The notes under the pieces are model-generated. The model did not search any database. It saw nothing but the letters and a program-made list of their open reading frames with translations, and was not told where the DNA came from. DNA of 64,000 nt, from the IMG/VR virus record IMGVR_UViG_3300042870_001823, positions 1-64,000 of that record; one strand, given 5' to 3'. The stretch is from a virus. Both the position numbers and the translations under genes were made by a program. Below, piece by piece: positions 1 to 11,000 of this stretch (positions are counted from its first letter, which is position 1; each line of letters begins with the position of its first letter).

Positions 1-191
1 TCCGGGTTACCATCGTTTATCTTTTGCCTAGATTGATGTACAGTATTAGATCCACCAGAACTGCCACCTGTATTGCTTGATGATATAGCAGCGGAGTAAT
101 GATTGGCAGTTTTGGTCTTAGCAGTTGGATTAGATTTAATCTTTGCTGCAGCACGTAAGTTTTTGTTTTGGTTGTCAGCACCAAGTATCAT
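1..191 (-). CDS. hypothetical protein, 5' part (runs off window start)
   Basis: ATG at 191 just after the stop of the 1604-aa gene; open frame MILGADNQNKNLRAAAKIKSNP... to position 1. Confidence 0.6.
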   Translation of the reverse strand, partial: MILGADNQNKNLRAAAKIKSNPTAKTKTANHYSAAISSSNTGGSSGGSNTVHQSRQKINDGNP

Positions 192-202
192 AAGAAATCA
201 AC

Positions 203-3200
203 CTAAAAAGAACTCGCTACTTGCGAATAGGGGTCGGAGCCAAGATTGGGCAATCCCTTATACATAGTACTGTTCACGGAGCCTGGTGCAACAGATCCAG
301 CTGCAGATCTAAAACTATTTATTTGATCTGAGCTTCCCTCTAGGTTTACGGAATAGGAAGTTCCTTGGTTGTATCCAGAGAACATAGAAGATTGTGGGAT
401 TTGGGGGGACCTTTGGGGCATCTGTTCATAAGCTGATCCTCCAGGAAGAAGGGGTGGGCCACCTACATCTTCAGGGCTTCTTCCCTTTGAATGCTGAAAG
501 GCAAAGCTGGCAGCAATTATAGCTAGTCCAGCATAACCTGCTTTTCTAACCGTAGGGTTTTCAAAAGCCTTCTTCATTGCCCCATCTCTAAAGGAGTCAC
601 CTATTCTTTTGTAGTTCCTTCTGACCAAACCAGTGCTTTCATCAACACCTTCGTCTCCCAGCATAGCAACCCTATCTGCGTCATCTAAAGCCGTAGGGGC
701 TAGGTCTATTGCACTTCCTCTTCTAGATAATAAATCTTGAAGTTGTGGTGTTAAACTTTCTCTAATCTCACTAGCTCTTCTTATGTCTCTAACCTGGTTA
801 GACATTTCTTCTGATAGACCTAAATCTTTAATAGTTTGATGTTCACCAACGTTCATTGCCTCCATAGCTAGATCTATTACGGGATCAGCTCCATATGATC
901 TTCTCCCCAAGTTTCTTATATTATAGAGATCAAGTTGTTCTTTAACCTTAGGAGAACTTTTAAGTGCATCGTATTGATCAACCAAATCCATCAAACCATC
1001 TTGCCTCTTATAGTGGGACATGGCCCTAGAATCTCTAGCTCCCTGTACTAACTTTGCTAATTCATCTGGATCGTCTCCACCAGATCTATAGCTAGTTAGA
1101 TCTTTTATACCTCTTCGCATTGAGCTCATTGTATCTATGCTGTCTATGACTTCTTGAATACTACTGTTTGTAGTGTTAGCAGAATCTAATATAGATGCAT
1201 GAAGTTTTTGCCCCATCATTTCGCTCTCGACTGCATTTCGAAAAGCTATCTTTTCAGACATGTCTGCTTCTCCATTGACTGCTCCGCTAAACATTTCATC
1301 TAATTCTTTTGACATTTTTTCTTGCAAATTTAAAACTTGAGATGCAGCTTGTCTACCTTCAGCAGTTAGGGTAGCTTCCCCCATGAAAGCTTTTCCTCTA
1401 TCTATCCCAAAAGTTTGACTAGCTGCTCTCATGCCAGCTGTAACTCTAGCTGCGTTCTCTGTCATTTGTGAGATAGCAGCGTACTTTCCTGACCTAATGC
1501 CTATTGTATTGACTAAAGTTTCATTAATTTTTTCGTTAGTATCTCCGGCATTTCTTAAGCTTGCTATAAATTTATTAGCCAATTCATTTGCTGGATCTAT
1601 TTCACTGCTATGGGCTTCGAATCCTTCAATGATACCCTTTAGGTAGGCAGCGTTGTCACCTGCTTTGAGTCTTTGTTTCAATATCATCTTATCAGCCCCA
1701 GCTAAAAGATCAGGATCTTCAATACCTTTCTTGTATGCTAAAGCTCTCAAGGCTCCAATGTATCTACCTTGCTCTTCTATGGCTTGAGATCCTACTTGAC
1801 TTAGAACTCCTGCTGCGTCGCTACCTGCTTTGCCAGTTAGCTTAGCTAGAGCAAGTTGGACCCCTCTTAAGTCAGCCCCTTTTTCGGCACTGTTGCGTAT
1901 TGAAGAAGTAAGCGCATTATAAACTTCTTCGGTATAATGTTGTCTACTTATGTCGCCTTTTATATTCGCCCTGCTATTCATGGTTATAGCATAGTCAATT
2001 GCTTGACCAGGGTCTATTAACCCAACTTTATAATTTTGTTTTAGGTTTAACACGTCAGCTGCATCTAAGTGCTTTAGTATTTCATCGCCCTGTCTAGTTG
2101 AAGCTGTTACCATGGTTAATCTATTTATATAAAGTCCAAGAGAATCTGCTGTTTCTGCTGCCCTTAATTGCTTTATACCAAACTCCCTAACTGTTAAGTT
2201 AGAAATAAAAAGTTCTTTTTTAGCAACTTGTTCAGCTGTTCCAGCTTGCATCATCTTAGCTAAAGCGTCTTGTATCTCTACACCCATGCCGTCAATTGCC
2301 GATAGTCTTCCTATCTCAGCTCTTTCGGAAGAAGAAAATAAACTAGTTTCATCAAGTATTTGTTGAATGGAATCTTTTTCAAAATCATAAGCTCCCGACT
2401 CCGCAAACAATTTAAAAATATTACCTTGTCTATAGTTTGCTGTTAATTGTTTTTCATCAAATACACCAGCTTTAATTAAACGATCATATTTATCTTTACT
2501 CATGGCTAATGTTGATCCATATTTTTGATTATTTAAATCATTAATAATATCTTGGCTAATTTTTGCTATTGGGGTTTTAGAGTCCTTCATGGTTTGAATC
2601 ATTGTTTCGTGAATTGATGCTTGATCTGCAAAAAATTTTGCATGGCGTGTGTCTATCCCTAACATTTGTTGTGCCGTCATATCCTCTGGAGAAATAATTT
2701 CATGAAGTAGTTTTTGATCTAGCGTAGCGGTCCCTTTGGCGACCATATCGTTTAAGGTAGCAACATAACTTTGATTTTTACCAAATGTTGCTCTAATAGT
2801 TTCTGTATCAAATTCAGCCATAGACAATACATATTCCCCAGGCCCAGTTGGTTGACGGAATGTAAAGAAGCCAATTCTTTCGCCAATTTTTTGTTTATTT
2901 TGATCGAAAATATCCATAGTTCTCATCATTGGAATACCTTTGTCGTCCAAGTCAAATGTACCCAAGGAATGGTGGAATATATTAGCAGCGTTTCCGGAGG
3001 TCAACATTTTGTGTCCTCTAATTTTAAAATTCATTAGACCAATTTCATTACCACCAGATGATAACCTAAAATTAGCTACATCTTGCAAAGTAGCTTTTCC
3101 AACTTTTCTTCCTGAGTAATAAGCTAATTCCGAATCAATTGAAAATCTATAAACATTTTCCATAACTGGTTGCAAGATTCCATCTTTTTCTCTAGCTATT

Positions 3201-5017
3201 TCAGATTGAACAAAGTTCATTAAATAACTAGACAATTGTGGCATCTGTCTTATGTCCCTACCGCTTTCTAAGGCCTCAACTAAAAGAGAGGCATAACGTT
3301 TAGATCTTTCCGCACCTGTTCTAAATTCAGTAGGGAGGGAGTCAACAGCTATTTTTGATCTTTCATAAATTTGCTTCCTTAATCTTGGATCAATATCGCC
3401 AGTCTTTAGAGCCTCTTGGTAAGAAGCTAAAATTCTATTTCCTCTTTCTGCAGTAGAATCTATTGCTTCTTGTGAAGAAAAAATTTCACCATGGAAAGCG
3501 GGAGCAAGTGGATCTTCAAAAACTAAATCTTTCCCCCTGCCCTGCAATATTATATTGGCCATATCAGTCTGCCCCATAATCGCTAATTCTTTTTTTATAT
3601 TAGCTTCAGAAGTAATAGTACTGTAATGGGCTAATCTATCATCTAGTTCAGCTGTTGTTCCAACGCCTTTAATGTTAAATGTTCTACCATTTCTCATGAA
3701 ATTAAATCGAATAGTCTCTGCGTCCATCCCAGATGCCGCGTTATCTATGTCGCTTTTTAGAAATTTTCTTTTCTCTATTTCTTCTGGACTTAGATTAGCT
3801 AGTCCCTTTGCCTCTAATGCTTTTAGTTCTGCTTGCATATTTTTTCGCATGCCTTGTATAAATTTTTCGTTTATAAGAGTAGATCCATCATATGGCCTTT
3901 TGAATTGTTCCATTAATTCTTCGTATCTCACAAGTGCTTGTCCTTTGAGATTTTTTGCTTTTGTTGGATCTCTTAAAGCTTCTTCTATTTCTGGATACTT
4001 TTTTGTTAGTCTTGCTATTCCTCCATTTTTTCTAGATATAATGCCAAGACTTTCCATTGAATTTATTGCTGATTGTAGAGCGCCAGATTTTCCATAGTAA
4101 GCAGCAGCCTCTTCTATTTCTGTTGAAGAAAGTCCAGCCATTGCTTTTCTAACTAAATCTTCTCCAGTAAGTGTTACTCTACCTTTGTTGCTTGATATAT
4201 CATCTAAATGAGCTAAAGCTATTTTAGCCAAATCTTTTTCTGTATCAAATATTTTTACAGAATCACCAAAGCTAGAGAAGGCAGCGCTTTTAGCATCTAA
4301 TCCTTTAGCTAAGTTAAGTAAATCGTTTCCAGCTAAAGAAATTCCATCTAAAGAAAAAATACCCTTACCTCTCTTGGCGGCTTTTTGGAATAGTTCGCCT
4401 AGTTGTCCATCCTTTAAGGATTTAAGTATTTGTTCATTAGAAAATAATCCACCAGCACCACCGCTAGTTTTATATAAAAGTTCATTTAATTGAACGTCAG
4501 TTAGCTCTTCGCCATTAACGAATGCTCTAACAAAAGTTCCAGAATCTTTTGTTTGAAACATAAATCCTTTTCCTTTGGAAACATCTTTTAAAACATTCTT
4601 TGCTGTTTCCAAAGCTCCTTGTGGGATTCTAGCTGATCCAATGGTAAAGCTTAGTTTGTCAGCAGGTGAATTGATGAAAGAAAGAGAATCCCTGAGAGTG
4701 CTATCTGTCCTTAACATCTCTTTAATAGACCTAGCTCTTTCATTGAATCCGCCTAAGCCTCTCATTGAACCCGACTGCCCAGGACCGCCTCCTGTTACTC
4801 TGGCAAATCCGGTAAGGCCAGATTGATCTGCTGCATTAAAAGCAGCGTTCATGTCATCAAAACGTTTTCCAGTAGAGTTCATTACATAAGTTATTTTCCC
4901 AGAATCAATTTCTACTTTAATGACATTGCCTGCACCATAGATAGTATTCTTCAATGCCCTTCTATGAATTTGAAGATATTCAGGAGCGTAATAACTAGGT
5001 GGAAAATTAATTTCCAT
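203..5017 (-). CDS. 1604-aa virion-associated protein, candidate divergent single-chain two-barrel RNA polymerase
   Basis: Long ORF overlapping the stop of the 2216-aa gene; motifs YDGSTLIN (aa ~377), IRF..NIKGVG (aa ~450), GTFDLDDKG (aa ~686), FRQPTGPGEY (aa ~721); C-terminal hydrophobic helix. CDS certain, function tentative. Confidence 0.45.
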   Translation of the reverse strand: MEINFPPSYYAPEYLQIHRRALKNTIYGAGNVIKVEIDSGKITYVMNSTGKRFDDMNAAFNAADQSGLTGFARVTGGGPGQSGSMRGLGGFNERARSIKEMLRTDSTLRDSLSFINSPADKLSFTIGSARIPQGALETAKNVLKDVSKGKGFMFQTKDSGTFVRAFVNGEELTDVQLNELLYKTSGGAGGLFSNEQILKSLKDGQLGELFQKAAKRGKGIFSLDGISLAGNDLLNLAKGLDAKSAAFSSFGDSVKIFDTEKDLAKIALAHLDDISSNKGRVTLTGEDLVRKAMAGLSSTEIEEAAAYYGKSGALQSAINSMESLGIISRKNGGIARLTKKYPEIEEALRDPTKAKNLKGQALVRYEELMEQFKRPYDGSTLINEKFIQGMRKNMQAELKALEAKGLANLSPEEIEKRKFLKSDIDNAASGMDAETIRFNFMRNGRTFNIKGVGTTAELDDRLAHYSTITSEANIKKELAIMGQTDMANIILQGRGKDLVFEDPLAPAFHGEIFSSQEAIDSTAERGNRILASYQEALKTGDIDPRLRKQIYERSKIAVDSLPTEFRTGAERSKRYASLLVEALESGRDIRQMPQLSSYLMNFVQSEIAREKDGILQPVMENVYRFSIDSELAYYSGRKVGKATLQDVANFRLSSGGNEIGLMNFKIRGHKMLTSGNAANIFHHSLGTFDLDDKGIPMMRTMDIFDQNKQKIGERIGFFTFRQPTGPGEYVLSMAEFDTETIRATFGKNQSYVATLNDMVAKGTATLDQKLLHEIISPEDMTAQQMLGIDTRHAKFFADQASIHETMIQTMKDSKTPIAKISQDIINDLNNQKYGSTLAMSKDKYDRLIKAGVFDEKQLTANYRQGNIFKLFAESGAYDFEKDSIQQILDETSLFSSSERAEIGRLSAIDGMGVEIQDALAKMMQAGTAEQVAKKELFISNLTVREFGIKQLRAAETADSLGLYINRLTMVTASTRQGDEILKHLDAADVLNLKQNYKVGLIDPGQAIDYAITMNSRANIKGDISRQHYTEEVYNALTSSIRNSAEKGADLRGVQLALAKLTGKAGSDAAGVLSQVGSQAIEEQGRYIGALRALAYKKGIEDPDLLAGADKMILKQRLKAGDNAAYLKGIIEGFEAHSSEIDPANELANKFIASLRNAGDTNEKINETLVNTIGIRSGKYAAISQMTENAARVTAGMRAASQTFGIDRGKAFMGEATLTAEGRQAASQVLNLQEKMSKELDEMFSGAVNGEADMSEKIAFRNAVESEMMGQKLHASILDSANTTNSSIQEVIDSIDTMSSMRRGIKDLTSYRSGGDDPDELAKLVQGARDSRAMSHYKRQDGLMDLVDQYDALKSSPKVKEQLDLYNIRNLGRRSYGADPVIDLAMEAMNVGEHQTIKDLGLSEEMSNQVRDIRRASEIRESLTPQLQDLLSRRGSAIDLAPTALDDADRVAMLGDEGVDESTGLVRRNYKRIGDSFRDGAMKKAFENPTVRKAGYAGLAIIAASFAFQHSKGRSPEDVGGPPLLPGGSAYEQMPQRSPQIPQSSMFSGYNQGTSYSVNLEGSSDQINSFRSAAGSVAPGSVNSTMYKGLPNLGSDPYSQVASSF

Positions 5018-8000
5018 TATCTAACTCCTGCATTAATATTAATTGAATTTGATCCATAAGGATTTTTTACCGGCGATACTGATCCGGAAACTCCCATGCG
5101 AGACATCATTGCTCTTAGTTGAGCTGCCGTATCTTGGCTATCGTTTCCTCCAAAGAAAGAAGGATAAGATGGATTGGCTAAATTTGCTTCACGTATCTGT
5201 TGTGGATAGTAACCCATTTGAGACATTTCAAGACCCATTGACGCACCAGTTTTAATTTTTACATGTTCAAGATTGGTATTGGGATGCCAACCTTCCCAGT
5301 TTTGAGATGGCAATTCATGTCTAGAAAAATAATCTGCTAAGTCGGGTTTTTCTTCTACTGGCATTCCCCAAGCTGATTGATAAATTCTTCTTTCTAATCT
5401 TCCTGCTGTAGATAGAATTTTTTCTCTTTCATTTTCTGGAGCATTAATCATTGCTTTAAAATGTTCTCTTTTTCTTTTAGGAACTGATAAAGAAAGAGTA
5501 TCTAATGATGGTGTTTCTAAGTCTGCTCCATACATGGTTCTTCTTGCAGCAGATTGAAAACTAGCTGCAGCTGCTGCATCCCCTGATGCTTGAGCTTGAT
5601 TTGCTAAACTTGTATTTTTTACATAACTTAAAATGTCAGTATATTCTTCAAGTGCTAATTCTTTTTTCCTTGTTTTTGGAATAAATCTATCACCAGTTAT
5701 AGCTTCATGTAAATTTCCTCTTATTGAAGAAGCAAAGCCAGCTGCGGCACCTATGATAGAGCCTAGGGTTTTTCCTCTAGCTCCTTTGCCAAACATGGAA
5801 CCTGCTGCTGCCATAGCTGCAGTTGCAACAATTGGATTTCTTTGAGAAGCTTTATTAACCATTGGTTCAATAAAACTTTCATATGGCCTTTGCCATTCAG
5901 GGAAAGTAGAGCCATAAACATTTCTTCTTTCCCAATCCTCAGTAGCAGTTCTCTTATTCATAAATTTAGTATTGAAGAATGTATCTCTGTGAGCTAAGTA
6001 TTCTCCAACTCTACTTACTGCGTGTAGTCTAGGGTTCATTCCCATTTCTTCAGGCTTAGAATCTTTATACTTATATGGCGAAAAATCATATTTGCTTGTA
6101 GTGTCTGCTACTTGATCTCTTATAGTTTGTACTTTTAACTTTTCATCAGGAGAAAGAGAGCCAGTTTGTATTTGATTATTTAAAGATCTAAATTGTTTAG
6201 AGTAGGGCGCTATGTCAGCAAGGATGTCTAATTGATTTAACTTTCCATACTTTCCAGTTTCATCAGCAGAGATTGTATTAAATCTTTCATATCCTTTTCC
6301 AGGAAGTCTAATTTCTCCATCAGCAACTTTTGTAAATGGATCTCCTCTTTGGAAGTCAGTAAAGTATTCAGCTCCTGGCAAGAATGGATATTTTTCTCCC
6401 ATAGTATTTCTAATGGGGTTAATATAGTTAACATTAGATCTTTCTTTTGGTATAAATCTTCTAACTACTTCAGAGACTTCAAGGTTACCAAGAGCTCCTT
6501 CTCCACCCATAGGAGCATCGCCAAGTCCACCTAAGTTTAAATCCCAAAATGATCTAGTAGATCCATATCCCTTTGCTGCTGATTGTAAAACTGTTCTTTG
6601 AGGTTCGTAGTCACTTTGTCCAAAACCAAATGATTCCCTTAATTGACCAAAACCAAAACCATAGATACCAGCCATTTCCTGAGCTCTATATCCTAATTCT
6701 CCAGCTTGTATCCCCAGCTTATTGGATTCGACTGGCTCTCCAGCAGGCACTATTGAAGGGCTCATTATGCCGCTTACCTTAGGTGGGCCATATTGAGCAG
6801 CATCTCTTAGGGAAGAGTTGTAGCCACCAATAGTCGACTTAACTTGCCTGCCAGCAGTTCCCATTGGAGCAGAAGCCTGAGATAGTCTTGAGTTACTTTG
6901 CCCAATAGCCATCGTTGAGGAGCCGTATAAGCCACCTCCTGAGGACCCAGTGCCACCGTACCCCATGCCACCGCCGAAACCCCCCTGAGAAGCCCCCATA
7001 TAGCCTGTAGAGTCATATGCTCCAGACTCTCCTGCCCTTTGATAGTTAGCTAAACCTTGCTTTAGCTCATCTTCGTGCATCTTAATTTGAGGCTTAAGTA
7101 GTTTTCCAACTGTCATATTGGCTAAAGCAGTAGCTGGACCAAATGGTCCCGTAAAGTATTCACCACTAACCGGGTAAGGTCTATCTTCGTAATGTTGGCG
7201 TTCAAATCGATATGGATCAAGTGGCCTTAATGGAGAGAAGTCATATCCATAAGCTAATTTTTCTAGAGGAGATTCAAATGAATCAGATGTGTAGGTTCCA
7301 GCTTCTTTAAGTTTTCTGTAATACGATGGACGGTAATACATTGTTTTTCCGCCCATAAAAGGAGTACTACCCAGGGGCCAAAATCTACCTTGCTTAATAG
7401 GGACTTCGCCCTCAAGAAGTTGTTTTTTCTTTTCTTCGGCTGACATTCCGCCAGGGATTAAACCTGCACCTATAGCTTGTGCTTCAACAAGACCTCTTGC
7501 CATTTTAGTGGTAAAGAATGGAGAATAAACTCTTTCCCCATCTTTATCTTTTTCATTTACATAACCGCCAATAGTCCTGTCAGCAGCTAGTAGTGTTGTA
7601 CCTCCAGCAACAATTGGCAATACTCTTTTGCCCACCATGCCACGCATGTACATGTCAACTGGTCCACCATATTTACTTTGATCTAACTGTAATCCAAAAG
7701 TACCAAAGTATTTATTTACTCTAGAAACAAGATGAGAGCTAGCTACTGAGCCAGTAGAAAATGCATCTTGGTTTTTATAGGTCCCAAATCCCATTGCACT
7801 TTTAATTGCAGCTGCTGGTCCTCTTTGAAGAGCTGTGCCAAAAGTTGGAACAAAAGTAAAGTCTTGACCAGTACCAAGAGTATTGACGGCATCGTCGCTT
7901 ATTTGATACGGAGCAGAACCAAATGCTTTTCTTGCGAACGGCAGAGCTCTAGAGAATGGCCTTCTGATTGAAGCTCCAACCATAGAATCTGCACCTGTGG

Positions 8001-11000
8001 TGAAGGGAGAAAATAATGAAGCTATATCTTCACTTGATTGAGTTCTTCTTGATACTTCTCTAAGGGCATTCTTAGCATTTGCTACTCCAGACAACTCTCC
8101 TTTAAAAGTTGCATGAGCGCTAAAGTTGAAAAGATTTCCTAAAGCTCCAATCCTAGCTTCTATAGCATCGTTTAAACCTATCTTGCCTTGCTTTTGAAGA
8201 TCTCTAATTGCTTTTGTGGTTTGAGTAAAAATGTCTTCTGTCTCATTGAGCATTTGGTTTTTTAGGGATATTAACCTAAACACTTCATTCGAGGCTTCAT
8301 CTAACCTTGTGTTAATGACTCCTGATCTAGCTGATACTTGAGATGAAGAGTTAAAAAATGATTGATCTAAATATTTATTTAATTTAGAATGAGCTGCTAT
8401 TATTTCTCTTGGATCTTTTCCAGCACTTCTTATTTTAGATACTGTATTTGCTAAGTCTCCAAATAGTTTTTGATGTACGTCTTTAAAGCTTTGATGAGAT
8501 GTTACTTGAGAAGAACTTGCACCACTGGAAGTAAATAAATCAGGTCTAGAAGTTTCAAGCTGAGATCTGACTCTAGAATGAATCCCAGATCCAAAGGTTC
8601 TAGTCCTAAAGCTATCAACTGCAGACAAGATTTCTCTTTGATTAAATCTCGTATTACCAAGATCGTCTACTACAGATAGAGTTCCCTCAGCATCGTCTAA
8701 GCCTTGTAGCATTAATTTTCTAGTGGAACGTCCTTCCCTAAAAGTTATGGACTTATCTTTAGAGGAAAGAAGTTTAGCCATTGTAGCTGGATTTTCAATA
8801 TCGTAAGAACGCTTCTTGAATCTTTGGGCTAATCTAAACAAAGAGTTTGGTTGTTCTGAATCGATGTCAAAAGCTTTTTTGAAGCTTGCCATTCTTCCAG
8901 TTTTACCTGCTATTTCATCAGCGGACTGCCCAGTCAATCCCGCTGCGTTTCTTGCTTCTCTACTTATTAATTCAGTGCTAGAAGAAGATATTGGTCTGTA
9001 CGAGCCAGCTATTTTTTGAGCATCGAGAATTCCTCTTTCGTTTTGAGAAAAACTTGTTAAAGAACCTTTAGATCCTCTATCTTTTGCAAATAAATAAAAA
9101 TCTGGTCTAGCAGCTTCTGCTCCCAAGAATGGTTGAACAGTTCTAGAAGAAACATATTGCAGAAGAGGAGCTTCTTTAGCTGCTCTTAAGGATTGGTATC
9201 CAAACATATCTGCTGGGTTAAAGTTAAGAATTGGCACCTTAAACTCAGAGGCCATGAAATCTTTAGCTCCAGAGAAAACACTCTTAACTTTAGTGAAGTC
9301 TAATATCTCTCCATTTCTAGTTTGATAAACTCCGCCAACTCTAGTTTGCCCAAGAGTTTCTGTTGCAGATCCAAGGCCTCTAGTTAAAGGATCTCTAGTA
9401 GCTTGTAGCGAAGCTATCTGTGTAATTGCCTGTTGTTGTTCTTCAGTCATGTGAGAGAACATGCCTCTTTCAACGGCGTCATCTATAAGGACTGGCTTTA
9501 AGCCAAATATACTTCCAGACCCAGAAAAAAATCCTGTTGTTAAACCCTTGTTCTCAAGAAGGTAGTCCCTCATGTATCCAAAATCAGTTGGATCAAAACC
9601 TTGTTGAGCTATGCTTTTAGATAAAACGCTTTCAGAAAGTAACTTACCATTAGATTCTGTTAGTGGAATTCCTAATGTTTTTGCAGTTTTTCTTAATAGA
9701 AAACTTTTCTTTTGATCTGTTAAATCGCCAACAAAATCACCATAGCTTTGTTTAGTTGGTTTTAGTATTGAAGATACTTGTTCTCCAATTTGATTTTTAG
9801 ATACTTGATTCCATTGAGAACGAATATTTAAATCTAAAGTTTTTCTAAAATCTTGAGAAACAAATAAACTGTCAACTTGTTCTAGTGACTGTCTAAGGGC
9901 ACTGCCTCCAGGAATTGCACTAGCAAAATCTTTTCCACCTTTTATCCCTTGAAAACGTTTAATAATTTCGTCAAAGAATTCATCGCCTTCTACATTGATT
10001 GCTTTTCTTCCTAATGCAATTCTTTTATCTAGAGATACTGAAGAATTTCTTTTTGGTAGTTCTTTTATCTCTAAATTATTGACAAAACTTTTTGCTGCTT
10101 TTCTATCTACGCTATAGCCAGAGACTAATTTATTTTCTAATTGATCTTTATATTCATCTCTTAATCTACCTTGGTAGAAGCCACTAGATGTAAATCTTTC
10201 TGAAGATGGACCACCTCTGCCTAAAGCATCGAAGTCATGAGCTAGTCTTGATAAGTTACTTGAGTGTTGTGATTGTATTTTATTAATTGAATTATCTAAA
10301 ATAGTTTTAGAATCAGTTCCAGTAAGTCCCTTGAGCTTAAGTCTAGTGTGCTCTTGCTTTAAAGCTTCCGTTAAAGTATCTCGTTTATCTAGACTAAACT
10401 TTTTTGTTAGATTACCTAAAGCTTGTTCTCTTGATAGTTTTCCTGAGACGACATCATGTGCAACGCCTAGTGAATGGAACTGATTTTTGAAAGCCCTAAA
10501 GCCAGAAGACATTCCTCTTACCCCAGGAAATGAATCTAATACTCCGTAGCCATCATCTGATTGAGCTACAAAAAAAGATTTAGCTTGTTCAGTTAATGTT
10601 TTTAGTTTTCCTGCATTTACATCAGATGCTCTTCTAGATGCATCTTGTGCGCCGTGTCTAGCTGCTCTCCACGCTTGCAGAAATTCAGGCTGTGCATTAT
10701 CTGCTTCTTGGACTCCAGCTGCAAAAGCTCCACTTGTTCTTGAAGAAAGTTTAATTCCTTTATTCAATACATCGGAAGCATCGTGACCGACTTCAGCAAG
10801 GAGTGACCTAAGGTCAAATGCAAAAGAACTTGCTTTTTGTTTTATTGGACTTAAGGCACTTAAGTCATTCATTGAGTTAGCTAAAGTAGTTAATGAACTC
10901 TTCCCAGCAGCACCAGCAGCTCCTAACGCCTCAAATGGCAGGATCATAGTAGCTACGTTAATTGTTGAAGTCTTGACGAAATCAGTTAATACGTCTGCTG

